Assembly: GCA_965603825.1 (NCBI GenBank)
Contig: CBFDEM010000003.1
Span: forward strand, 1-64,000
DNA length: 64,000 nucleotides
Direction of reading: 5' to 3'
DNA from: Blepharisma stoltei ATCC 30299
Taxonomy: Eukaryota; Protista; Ciliophora
This document shows, one piece after another, positions 1 to 11,919 of the stretch. How positions within the stretch are numbered: the stretch's first letter is position 1; the number at the start of each line of letters is the position of its first letter. A model generated the notes under the pieces. It saw only the letters and a list, made by a program, of their open reading frames with translations, did not search any database and was not told the DNA's origin. The position numbers were made by a program, and so were the translations under genes.

Positions 1-1375
1 TAACAACCCTAACACCCTAACACCCCTAACACCCTAACACCCTAACAACACCCTAACACCCTAACACCCTAACACCCTAACACCCTAACACCCTAACACC
101 CTAACACCCTAACACCCTAACACCCTAACACCCTAACACCCTAACACCCTAACACCCTAACACCCTAACACCCTAACACCCTAACACCCTAACACCCTAA
201 CACCCTAACACCCTAACACCCTAACACCCTAACACCCTAACACCCTAACACCCTAACACCCTAACACCCTAACACCCTAACACCCTAACACCCTAACACC
301 CTAACACCCTAACACCCTAACACCCTAACACCCTAACACCCTAACACCCTAACACCCTAACACCCTAACACCCTAACACCCTAACACCCTAACACCCTAA
401 CACCCTAACACCCTAACACCCTAACACCCTAACACCCTAACACCCTAACACCCTAACACCCTAACACCCCTAACACCCTAACACCCTAACACCCTAACAC
501 CCTAACACCCTAACACCCTAACACCCTAACACCCTAACACCCTAACACCCTAACACCCTAACACCCTAACACCCTAACACCCTAACACCCTAACACCCTA
601 ACACCCTAACACCCTAACACCCTAACACCCTAACACCCTAACACCCTAACACCCACCCACCCACCCTAACACCCTAACACCCTAACACCCTAACACCCTA
701 ACACCCTAACACCCTAACACCCTAACACCCTAACACCCTAACACCCTAACACCCTAACACCCTAACACCCTAACACCCTAACACCCTAACACCCTAACAC
801 CCTAACACCCTAACACCCTAACACCCTAACACCCTAACACCCTAACACCCTAACACCCTAACACCCTAACACCCCTAACACCCTAACACCCTAACACCCT
901 AACACCCTAACACCCTAACACCCTAACACCCTAACACCCTAACACCCTAACACCCTAACACCCTAACACCCTAACACCCTAACACCCTAACACCCTAACA
1001 CCCTAACACCCTAACACCCTAACACCCTAACACCCTAACACCCTAACACCCTAACACCCTAACACCCTAACACCCTAACACCCTAACACCCTAACACCCT
1101 AACACCCTAACACCCTAACACCCTAACACCCTAACACCCTAACACCCTAACACCCTAACACCCTAACACCCTAACACCCTAACACCCTAACACCCTAACA
1201 CCCTAACACCCTAACACCCTAACACCCTAACACCCTAACACCCTAACACCCTAACACCCTAACACCCTAACACCCTAACACCCTAACACCCTAACACCCT
1301 AACACCCTAACACCCTAACACCCTAACACCCTAACACCCCTAACACCCTAACACCCTAACACCCTAACACCCTAA
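1..1375. repeat. Telomeric repeat tract (CCCTAACA)n, ~170 units
   Basis: Near-perfect 8-mer array from base 1 ending at ...CCCTAA|ATGCAAAA. CCCTAACA is the known telomere unit of the heterotrichs Blepharisma and Stentor. Confidence 0.98.
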
Positions 1376-1668
1376 ATGCAAAATAAAATTTTAAACCAAG
1401 GTCTGCCTTTATTATTTTAAGGCTATATGAAAAGTTGCTTTGTGTTTCTAGTTAATAATAAATTTTTCAGTCTTCACACTGTATTAATTTTGTAACGACT
1501 ATATTGTGCTGATGTTAGAAAGTGCCCGATTTTTAATTGAATTAATATTTTCTTTATACAATTCATTTTCTTAAGCTCTCATTCCCTCAACTTATGAAAA
1601 ATGAAAGTTTTTTAAATTGTTTTCTTTTTCATTTTGACATAATTGCTCGCATTAAGATTAATAAAACT

Positions 1669-4563
1669 ATGCAAGCTCTGAATGAAAGGCCCAATGCTTC
1701 TTCAGAAAGCAAAGAGCCAATTGCATCACTAAAAAATCCCTCAGAAGAAGCTCTCACAAAAACTTTAAACCCTAGTCAAGGCGATAATCCTCGAGAAAGC
1801 AAAAAATCGGGATTCAAACTTGATTATGATCCATTTCAAAAAGCAGACTTAGAATTTGCTAAGAGACACCGAAATGCACGAAAAGTAATGAAAATTGAAG
1901 AGGCAATGGACGATCCAAAATGTGAAAAATGTATGTGTTGTGGCTTGCCTGTTGAAGCTCAGCCGTTTTCACTTTGCTCTAGTCTCCATGAATTCAATGA
2001 ACTAGGTCCTGGATTTCCACTATTCTACTGAGTCATCAAGTATTCAGTGCTTATGCTTATGTTTGGCTTTTTTTTAGTTGGGATAGCTTGTCTCATAAGT
2101 AATGTTGATGCCGATAGTGGAGACCAATGGGGAAATAATAATGACAGCTGAGCAATAAAAGCATCAGCTGGAAATCAAGGTAGCAATAAAAGTATTATTC
2201 CTCGCTGACAATCAATTTTGCATATAGTTTATATGATTGTGATCCTAATATCTTATTATTTCTTAAAGGCAGATTTGGCAAGAAAAGAGGAAGACATCGA
2301 TATGTCCATAACAAGTCCTTCTGATTACACAATTCTCGTAAGTGGCCTTGGAAAAGACTTCATCGAAGAAGAGTTGAAAATATTTATTGAGGAGCATGGA
2401 AGAGACGATAACTTGTCAGCAAAAGTGGTTAAAATAAACATTCCCTATGATATTACTCACTATATTGAGGCCACAAGAAAAGCAGAATACTGCAAGCATG
2501 AACTATTTCACCTTGAGCTTTACCAAAAAGAACACCCTAACGAAGTCCCAGCTATAAAAACTTGTGGGTGCTGCAAAAGAAAAATCGACACTGCAGAAAA
2601 CTTAAAAAAGCAGCTAAATGCAGCTCAAGAAGAAATTGATAAATTTGAAGAAGAATCGAAAGATTTAAAAAACAAGCTGCTGATTGGAAAAGCATTCGTA
2701 ACATTTGATAGCCAAATTGAGGCTAGATTAGTAGTAAAAAGATATGGGAAAAGCTTTGTTTCGCAGTTTTGAAGCCACTTGGTCGACAGTGCTTGTGGAG
2801 CTATTTGTAAAGAAAAATTCATGTTTAAGTTCAAAAACAGGAACATATCTGCTGAGATGGCTCCTGAGCCTTCTGATATAATTTGGCAAAATATGAGTTT
2901 TTCGTTTAAAAATAGGCTGAAAAATATTTTGGCTACTTATTTCATTACATTGTTAGCTTTGTGTGCATCATTTGGGATGATTTATGGATGCACTATTTAT
3001 CAGAGAAAGGTAAAAGACGACGCAAGTCATCAGGATTTATCGACTTCTGATGAATGAAAAATTCGATTAAATGCGATGTGGCCTGCAGTTGGGATAGTTT
3101 TAATCAATTTTATATTAGGAAGATGTGTCAGGTACTTTACATCATATGAGAAATACCATACTTTTACCAGCTATAACGCTTCTGTTGCTATTAAACTGAC
3201 TATTGTGCAATTTCTGAACACTGCAATAATTTCTCTTATTGCAAATTATGATTGGGAAAGCTACTGGTTCACGTCTGAAGGCTTAGCTGTAAATATCACT
3301 TACATTTTCTTTTCTAACTCCTTTATTGGACCACTAATCTATGTATTTAGCCCTATGGTTTGTATAAAAGGAATTAAACGAAGCTTAGCTAGAAGAGACA
3401 AAATGTTAACCCAAGGCGAAGCAAACGCTATATTTGATCCTCCCCAAGTGGATATGGCTCAGAGACATGCAAATATTATGAAAACCATACTCCTCACGTT
3501 TTGTTATGTCACTATAATTCCCGAAGCTTTCCTTATCTCCTCTGCTGGAATTGTTTTTGAATACTGGGTAAATAAATATATGCTGATAACCCGCCATTGT
3601 AGACCAATCAGACTATCAGGACATCTTACTATGCTGATGGTAAAATTCATTCCATGAGCTGTGCTTGTCTACTCTATTTTGCACTACTCATACATGAGGT
3701 TGCTAAGCCCAGACGACTCAGAGCCTGCTTTTATTTGGATGCTGATCGTGATAGGGATTATGTTTATTCTGCCTTTGGATTTAATTATTTCTCGATGTAA
3801 TAGGGAAGACCTTAAGAAGTTTCAGCAAATACATACAGATAAATATGAGGACGCTGCTATTGAATTCGTAGATGATTATGATAGGAATAATCCAGTAACT
3901 CAAGTGCAGGGCTGGAAGTATATTTTAGAATTAATGGAAAAGAAAGGCCTAATTGAAGGGGATAATGCAAATTATCTAAAAAAACAATTGGCGCCATCAG
4001 ATTACTTTTTGCCAGGGCTGAAAAATGTATTAAATAATATAAACACAGACCAAACTGTTGAGCAGATACCTCAGCAGCCACAAGCAGATGTGAATCTTTT
4101 GAATTTTAATTTCATGAATTCTGCGAAATATAAAAAATTTGCAGTGGGTCTTAGTGAGATTAAAAATGCAGTCGCAAAACATCAGAAGCCTAAAAAAATT
4201 CATCAGTCTTATGCTTATTCTGCTCCATATCAGCACCATTATACTCCAAGCACTAATTTAGTGTATCCCGTTCTGCCGGCTATTTATAATCAGCAAGTGA
4301 CTGATAATTATCAGCTTCAAAATGTTCAGTATCAGCAATCCCAGCCATATCAAATCACGCCTGTAATTCCCCAAACTGTTCAATATCAGCAATCTGGCCC
4401 GATATATGAAAATCAATATTATGCGCAGCCAATTCAGTATCAGCCGAATTATGCTCAACCACAATATTATAATCAAAATATGAGTCCATCGTATTATCCC
4501 CAACCCTATTCACAATTTTCAAACCCATATGCTCCTTTTTCTGGTAATCAATATTATCAATAA
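1669..4563 (+). CDS. CSC1/OSCA/TMEM63-like multi-pass cation channel (~964 aa) with Q/Y/P-rich C-terminal tail
   Basis: Five same-frame ORF fragments joined by TGA=Trp, ending TAA. Motifs SPSDYTILVSGL, GKAFVTFDS, APEPSDIIWQNM, EYWVNKYMLI. An alternative upstream ATG lies at 1594. Confidence 0.85.
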
Positions 4564-4700
4564 TTCAAGTTATTATATTAAATAACTTAAATAGCAAATT
4601 TCTAAGATCATTAATAAAAATTTGCATTATGCTTGGCTTAAAGGCATTAAAGCAAGTTCATAGGGTGTCTTTAATTTTTATAATAAATCTGATTGTAAAT

Positions 4701-5189
4701 ATGTCAAAATTTTCTTTTAGAAAACTTTTTGTTTATGGCAGCTCACTTCTCTTCGGATTTTTTGTCATCAAATATGCATTCCATCTTATTAAAACTGAGA
4801 AAGTTATTACAATTTTTGACACTGTTCCATTCATTCAATTTCCAATTACCTTAAAAATAGCTCCAAAGGCATTAAATTTTGCATTTAAAATTAAAACAAG
4901 CGATCTTCATTCAGCTGCTATAAAGCAAAGAATAATATACAGACCCAATGCAAATGACTTGCCGAAAATTTATTTAAATTTTGGACTGGATTATGGATCT
5001 GACTATGGCAAAATTATTTTATCAACATTATGCGAAGAAGTTTCTAAATTATTGATAGAGCAAAGCTCAGCTCAAGAAATTTCTATTAAGAAAGAAGAAA
5101 TTTCACAGCAAATTAAGAGCAAAATTACATTAGAAGCTCAAAAATACTTTCTTATTATTGATGACGCTATTACTCAAATCGATATTTAA
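4701..5189 (+). CDS. Divergent, short prohibitin/SPFH-like protein
   Basis: TSDLHSAAIKQRIIYRPNANDLPKIYLNFGLDY...KEEISQQIKSKITLEAQKYFLIIDDAI resembles the prohibitin core. N-terminal hydrophobic anchor. Alternative ATG at 4629. Confidence 0.7.
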   Translation: MSKFSFRKLFVYGSSLLFGFFVIKYAFHLIKTEKVITIFDTVPFIQFPITLKIAPKALNFAFKIKTSDLHSAAIKQRIIYRPNANDLPKIYLNFGLDYGSDYGKIILSTLCEEVSKLLIEQSSAQEISIKKEEISQQIKSKITLEAQKYFLIIDDAITQIDI

Positions 5190-5612
5190 TTTCATTTTTA
5201 AGTTAATAATAATAAGATAATTTATATATTATGATCTTCAACTGCAAGCCTAATGAAATTAAATAATTATTAGAAAATAATGAATTTAAAAAAGATTATT
5301 CATTTTAAACTGTTCATTTAACCGAGCTTGATAGATAAGAAGGAGCAGATGCTTATAAAATCAATTTGGTTGAATTTATAAGAAGTTTCTACATCCCTTT
5401 AGCCATCTTTGTTGAAAGCATAACGATCATAAATTTGGCCAGTACTCTCTAGTTTGCATAGAGGAGGCATTTTGATTGCGAATATAAATGAATTTGTTGC
5501 AATAAATATGCTTAATGCGAAATTCTTTTAGAAATTAATTCATACAAATTATTGAAGATACAAGAATATTAATTGGTTTGAAATTACATTGAATTGATAT
5601 TGTTTATTTGTG

Positions 5613-6461
5613 ATGTCCGAAGATAATGGATTTGCAATGACATTTCTTTCTCCGTCTGATTCTCCAGAAACCCCGAAGATGCAAGACGAAGATTTGCCAC
5701 TAAATAATACACTCTATCTGCAAGACAAAAATTGTATCATTTGTGCAGTCAAATTCAAGAAATTCAAAACTCGAAGATACTGTTGCTTTTACTGCTACAG
5801 AGGAGTCTGCAACAACTGCTCTCTGCAAAAAACTTTCAATAAAGAGCTAAGCCGCTCAGTGAGAACATGCGATAAGTGCATCAAAGAGGTTCTCTGCCAA
5901 GGAAATACCCTTGAAATTGAAAAAGTGAATGCTCTGAAAAACAAAATTTTCGAACGAATAAAAGAAGAGCAGAGCGAAATCAGCAGAAATAGAGGTGATT
6001 CGACCTATCTCAAGGAAAATCACACTTATATTGAGGCTGAAATCCAGGCTAGGACCAGCTCAATTGCTGAAACCAAGTTGAAAATTGAGGCAAAGCAAAA
6101 TGAAAATAGGGTCTTGATGGACAAGTTAAGCATGTTGGAAGACGAGTGCAATGTTGGGACAACAATTAAAAGTTATGCAAGGTCTCAAAGTGAGCTAAAT
6201 AAAGGAGACTCAGAAAAATATATTTATTTGAAGAAGAAACTCGAGAATTTAAAATTCGAAAATAAAAGCCTATCTCTGGTCCTTAAAAAAACAATTGAGA
6301 GCTATAATGCTTGCTTGGCGAAAAGAAGCGAGATTACAGAGAGGGAACGCATACTAGCACAGATGATTTCTACCAAAGAGTCTTTGCTCACTCACTTTAA
6401 GACTCCTTCCCATGTTCCAAATCCGAAGTCTACTTGTTGTGAAAGTTGCATTATAATTTAA
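5613..6461 (+). CDS. FYVE zinc-finger + coiled-coil protein with C-terminal CaaX
   Basis: CIICAVKF..RRYCCFYCYRGVCNNCS...RTCDKC; ends CCESCIII-TAA. Confidence 0.8.
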   Translation: MSEDNGFAMTFLSPSDSPETPKMQDEDLPLNNTLYLQDKNCIICAVKFKKFKTRRYCCFYCYRGVCNNCSLQKTFNKELSRSVRTCDKCIKEVLCQGNTLEIEKVNALKNKIFERIKEEQSEISRNRGDSTYLKENHTYIEAEIQARTSSIAETKLKIEAKQNENRVLMDKLSMLEDECNVGTTIKSYARSQSELNKGDSEKYIYLKKKLENLKFENKSLSLVLKKTIESYNACLAKRSEITERERILAQMISTKESLLTHFKTPSHVPNPKSTCCESCIII

Positions 6462-6557
6462 TCTAAATTTCACTTAAAATATTACTATATTATTGCAGCT
6501 CTGATAATTTAAAGCTGTTAAACTCATAAAAATTAAGAAGCGATTTTGAAATTATAA

Positions 6558-8207
6558 ATGGCACGACGGAATCTAAGAATTCAAGAATTCGATGTCAGCA
6601 CCAATTCTAATGGAGCTTCAAGGGTGCTATGTGGCCAGCTAGGATGCAGATCTTTCCAAGTTGTCGCAGGAGGGGATGATGCAATGCAAGTGCGACTCTG
6701 AAAAATATCAAAACCAGAGTCTCTTCTATCTTTACCTGGGCATTCTTCTGCGATTACTTCAGTAGCATTCAGCAGCGAAGAGATTGAATTATATTCTGGC
6801 TCATTCGGTGGCACAGTTATTGTATGGGACCTCAATGCACAAAAAGCAGTCAGCAGTCTTAAAGGTCATTTATCTGCTTGTACCACTCTTTCTGCTTACC
6901 CCAATGAAGGACAAACATATTTAGTTACAGGGTCTTCTGACTGCAACATCAAGTTTTGGGATTTAAGGCGAAAAGCTTGCATTCAGACCTTTAAAGGACA
7001 CAGAGGAAATGTCAATGTTGTATCATTTAGCCCAGACAGTCGATGAATTGCTTCAGGAGGGGCAGATGGGACTGTCAAGATTTGGGATCTCAGCACCTCA
7101 AAAAAGCTCTGTGATTTCTCAATAAATGACTCTCCAGTAACCTGTCTGCAGTTCAATCCTCAGAACTTGTCAATGTCTTCAGGACACCAAGACAGGACTG
7201 TCCAGCACTGGGACTTGGAAAATTTTGGACACATTTCACAGACAACCCCTGAAGCTAACCCAATACAAAGGATATGTTTTGAGACGTCTGAAGGTAGAAT
7301 GCTTTTTACAGCTGCAAATGACTCACTTAAGCTCTGGGATATTGAAAATGGTGAACTTTATGACTCAATAGAGTCCTCGTGGAAAGGAGTTGTAGATTTG
7401 GCTATTAATGAAAAGGACAATATTTTGGCTGGTTTGTGTGTAAATAACAGCTCATTTTCATTGTGAAGCACAGATTTGAGCCAGGTCAGCTACGACACCC
7501 CAAGAATTGAAGAACAAAAAGTAAACCCTATCGAGGTCAGGCCGAAAAAAAGAGAAAAAGTTGAAATGGGGGCAAGCTTCGTAGAAGCGCGCAGCAACGC
7601 ACCTATAGGGCTCAATTTTCAAGAGTTCATGCCAAAGGTGGAAGCTGAAAGCTCTAACGACTCAAAGATTCTTTCAGAAATTGATGAAAATCATGATAGA
7701 ATTTTGACTGTAATCAAGAGGCGCACTGAAAGCATTAATTTAGTGCTCAACTGATGGCTTGGAGGGAACATGTCAGCCACTATAAATGCTTTGAATATGA
7801 TGAATGATATCAGTGTAAGGGCTGACGTCCTGCGATACTGCTTCACAGACTGCCGGCTTGACTGTTTAAGTCTTGAGCACTGTGCTTCAATCTTACCATT
7901 GGCCAAAAGTCTGATCGACTCAAAATACGAAGCTTACATAAGAACTGGGATGCTTGTAGTCTCAACCCTTCTAAAGCAATTCCGAAGCCTTATCACAAGC
8001 ACTCTTACTGTCCCTGTAATGATGGGAGTTGATCTAGCCAAAGAAGAAAGAATAAAAAAGTGTGAAAGCTGCTTGGCTGCATTCAAAAGTGTCAATGAGT
8101 CCCAAGGGCTTGAGAAAAACTCAAAAAGAGAAAACCCAACTGGAGAAGCAGGAAAAGAGCTTAAAAGAAACCTGGAAACGTTTATAGGAGAGTCTAAGCG
8201 AATGTAA
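6558..8207 (+). CDS. KATNB1: Katanin p80 WD40 subunit (~549 aa)
   Basis: One frame with TGA=Trp. WD40 repeats (LKGH, TGSSDCNIKFWDLRRK, WIASGGADGTVKIWDL) followed by a con80-like C-terminus (LIDSKYEAYI, GVDLAKEERIKKC). Confidence 0.88.
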
Positions 8208-8219
8208 AATAATTTATAA

Positions 8220-9233
8220 ATGGTATATGGACTTCACATAAGAGCGCTGCACATCAGAAACAGGAGAGACTCCTGGAGGTTCTGGAGGGTAAATAAACTG
8301 AAATTCATTAGGACTTACTGGGGAATCGGAGCCATGAGCCTCATTTGCACTTGGATATGGGGCCCGACTGGCTTTTTTAAATTCAATTTCCGATTATTTG
8401 TGAACGAAAAACTTTATAAGTACTTCCCAATGGACCATGGCGGCAACGTGCTGTTTCCTTTTAGCTACTTAATCACTCTTTGCCAAAAGAGCTATTTGCG
8501 TACTAGCTGGACGAGTTTTGACCAAAGATCCTTTTTCCCTCACTCAGAAGGGTATAAGTTAAAGGTAGCAATATGTCACAACGACTTTCAGCTGGCCGCA
8601 TCAGTGCTAAATCGAGGTTTTGATATAAACTCAATTCTTGACAAACGCAGAAAGTACTCTCCATTGCTTTTGGCTTCCCAGCTAGGCAAACTTGAAATGG
8701 TCGAGTATTTAGTTTCCAGGGGCGCTGACTTAAACGCAAGAGACTTTGAAGGAAACACCCCTCTCATGATGGCAGTAATTCATGAACAAACAGACGTAAT
8801 AAAAGCCCTGGTCTCCTTTGGAGCTAAGCTTGACTTAAAAGATAACTACGGCTACACCGCAATTGACAAAGCAGAGTCAAGAGGATACCAAAACATCGTG
8901 AACTTTTTAAGCAACAAAGCTCCTGAAGCAGAAAGGATCTATGTGAACCCAGTCACCTATCTGCTCGAAAGCTATGCAGTTTTTGCCAAGGAAAACAGCT
9001 TAGACCTTGCCAAAAAATACCAAGTCAAGCAATACTTCAATGGAGAAGTGTACCCATACTTTAAAAACACCCAAGGGATGCTTCTGTACTTGTTTGGGAA
9101 TTATGAAGATAAAGACATTGGCAAACAGTGTGTGAATTTCTTTTATCTCAATAGTCTGGACGACAAGAGCTCTACTGATCAAAACTTGTTCAGCATAGGT
9201 GAGGTTTTCTCTGAAAATATGATGAATAAGTAA
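8220..9233 (+). CDS. Ankyrin-repeat protein with basic N-terminus and one hydrophobic segment
   Basis: SPLLLASQLGKLEMVEYLVSRGADLN, GNTPLMMAV, GYTAIDKA. Confidence 0.85.
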   Translation: MVYGLHIRALHIRNRRDSWRFWRVNKLKFIRTYWGIGAMSLICTWIWGPTGFFKFNFRLFVNEKLYKYFPMDHGGNVLFPFSYLITLCQKSYLRTSWTSFDQRSFFPHSEGYKLKVAICHNDFQLAASVLNRGFDINSILDKRRKYSPLLLASQLGKLEMVEYLVSRGADLNARDFEGNTPLMMAVIHEQTDVIKALVSFGAKLDLKDNYGYTAIDKAESRGYQNIVNFLSNKAPEAERIYVNPVTYLLESYAVFAKENSLDLAKKYQVKQYFNGEVYPYFKNTQGMLLYLFGNYEDKDIGKQCVNFFYLNSLDDKSSTDQNLFSIGEVFSENMMNK

Positions 9234-9245
9234 TAAAATATTAAA

Positions 9246-10043
9246 ATGGATTTTTATGAAATACCTGGAGATGACTCCTTTTCTCTTATAAAAGAAAAAG
9301 GCTTTGAACTCATAAAGCCATGTGGCGATGGAAATGAGGGGCTCAGTCTGGCTATTGTGTACAGTCTTATGGAAATGTTAGTTCAAAGCCAAGGCAGCTA
9401 TGCAAGTGGGCTGCAATTTGTAGAATCGGCGTAAGTGTAATTTAGGGTTTCTAAGTATAATGAACGCAAGAGCGGCGAGTCGTTGGTAGCTGGCTTTTTA
9501 TCAAAAATCAAGCAAGGGTCTGCATCACTTAAGGGCTTATGGAAAAAGAAGCCAGACTCAGATTTCTACATAGAGCTTCGAGGCTTCTCTAATTTTTTAC
9601 TAAATCCAAACACCCCTAATGCAAGATTAGAAGGATCCTTAAACTCTCTTTCAAAAACTCTTAATCTAGACATCAGAATCTACCAAATTGATGATACTAC
9701 TGAGAGATACTGCGAAAATTCTTATTGCTATCCCAGAATAATCAATCTTTTAAAAGAAGAAATAGAAGACGGCGAGCATTTTTCAATTTTGTATCATAAA
9801 TCCTTTGAAGAAGCATTTCAACTGTCTGAGCCGTTCGTTAGTTGCGACAAAAGCTTAAAAGAGACAGAAAGCGATTATATAGTGCATCTAAAAAACATCG
9901 CAGGAGATCTGATACAAAGTTTGAGCCCTGCCCAGCTAAAAGTTTTGCGCAATGTGGTGGGGCCAGATGCACAGAGACTGCTGAACTCAGAATTCAGCTG
10001 GGGCTTTGAAGGGAAGCTTAATGAAATTCAACAGAAAAAATAA
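9246..10043 (+). CDS. OTU/otubain-like protein, probably catalytically altered; 1 intron (9431-9445)
   Basis: GDGNE box and C-terminal GEHFSILY resemble OTU Cys/His boxes. The two ORFs join after removing a 15-nt intron. Confidence 0.6.
9431..9445 (+). other. 15-nt intron GTAAGTGTAATTTAG
   Basis: GT..AG, A at position 10; removes an in-frame TAA. Confidence 0.85.
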
Positions 10044-10082
10044 ATGCCTAGCTTAAATAGAGGGCTTATAAAATTAAGTAAA

Positions 10083-11897
10083 ATGAGATTTGTTAAGCAG
10101 CTTGAATACCATAAAATTCCTGAATGATCTTCTTATTACATAGACTATCGTAACATAAAGGCTATGATATATGACTACCAGAAGCAAATTGCGTGAGATG
10201 ATTCTCATAATGCTTCAGTCGAGGAAGACTTCACCGAAGCCCTCCAGTCGGTCCTACGGAGCCAATACCAAAAAATTAATCAGTTTTATAACATCAAGAA
10301 AATTCAGTACAAGACTGAGCTGGAGACAGCTTTTTATAAGATTTATAGCATCCGGTCTGCCTCGACAATCACAGAGAAAGAAGAAAAAAAGCTATTGAGC
10401 ATGGAAGAAAAAGACGACGAGTCCAATATATCTGCTAGTCTTCAGCGAGCCTTTTCTGACGTCCACAAACGGATTTGGTGGCTTGAAGTATACTGTGAGG
10501 TGAACTATATTGCCTGTTTGAGAATTTTGGATAAGCTTGACCACCCTTCAAGTTTTAGGACTGAGCTGGAAGCTCAAAGCTTCAGGAAATTTGAGCATGA
10601 ACTTGGAGACCTGAGAAGGACCATGTACAAGAAAGTGGCTGAAGAAGTTATGGGGGATAACTTGTATGCGAGCATCCAGCTAATTACAAGAGGAGCCAAG
10701 TATTACCGGATTTCTGATATTGCAAGGATTTTTCTTTGTTTAGGGATAAGCATTATGTGCCTTTCAATAACGATGTGACTAATAGCCTTTTCTGAGAAAT
10801 CTATGCTTTCAAGCAAAATTTTTCCATCTTTTTCTATCTTTCGACTGACTCTTGCAATTAATCTTGATATTTTGGCTTTTGCATGGGTTATATATATGCT
10901 GGAATCCCATTCACTTAACTGGGTCTATATTTTTGACATTGACCCCACGAACCGAATCTCTTACATTCAGATCCTCAGAGTCGGCCTTTCCATAGCCACT
11001 TTATGATGCATTACCTTTTTATTGCAGATTTCTAACTATATGAGTGAAGGCATCCATCCTAACATTTTCGCGCTATTTGTGCTGACAATATACTTGCTAA
11101 TCTGAATCTGTCCTTTCCATATTTTATATAGGCGCGCAAGATATGCGATGCTTAAGTCGTTTGCTGAGTTTATGATAGCTCCTTTTGGGCCTGTGAAGTT
11201 CACAAATTATATGTTTGGCAGCTGGCTGACGTCAATGGTGATCCCAATAAAAGATATGTACTTAAGCGGCTGCTTTATTTCAACTGATGCATGGGAGTTA
11301 AATGAGTACCCGTCCTGCTCGCAGCATTATTTAATTCTCGCTCTTCTCCCTGCGCTTCCGTTTATATGAAGACTTATGCAGGTCTGCAACAAAATTTGCA
11401 GTGATCCTGTTTTGATAAAAAAGCAATACACCAATCTTATCCGCTATGGTCAAAGCTTATCATTAATCGTTATCAGCTATTTTGGGCTGCACACCAGCAC
11501 CCAGGCGTATATATGGATTTCAGTCTTCGTCATCTGCACAGTCTACACTATGATCCTTGACTACTGGCAAGACTGGGGCCTCCTTCGGACTTCTAAAAAT
11601 GGCTGCCTTCTGAGGGAAACACTGTACTTTAGGAAGAGCTTTTATTACTTTGCAATGATCAGTAACTTATTTCTAAGGTTCTCGTGGAGTCTGACACTGC
11701 TGCCTGTTCAGATGTTTGAGAACAGATATTTAAATAACGAAGTTATGCTGCTAGTCCTTTGCTTACTAGAAATCTTTAGGCGAACTATATGGACAGTTCT
11801 CAGGGTCGAAAGGGAAAGCTCAGAAAACACAGAAAAATACAGAAAAATCGACTATATCCCAAAACCACTGCACAGTGGGGAATTTGTCAATAGTTAG
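10083..11897 (+). CDS. SPX-EXS phosphate exporter family (XPR1/PHO1/SYG1-like), ~604 aa
   Basis: N-terminal MRFVKQL..IPE(W)SSYYIDY SPX motif. EXS motifs DYWQDWGL, NLFLRFSW, EIFRRTIWTVLRVE. Continuous with TGA=Trp. Confidence 0.9.
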
Positions 11898-11919
11898 ACA
11901 GTTAAATTAATTTATCATT

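Noticed and set aside
1-1375. CRISPR array or ordinary satellite
   Set aside because: An 8-mer with no spacers, at the contig end, C-rich strand 5': a telomere.
6581-6835. Minus-strand ORF, representative of the many short antisense or alternate-frame ORFs in the track (e.g. 13211, 17089, 29241, 35551, 43055, 45392)
   Set aside because: They are shadows of well-supported genes on the other strand or frame and carry no motifs.
10171-10398. 75-aa ORF as a separate gene
   Set aside because: Out-of-frame overlap with the SPX domain read from ATG 10083.
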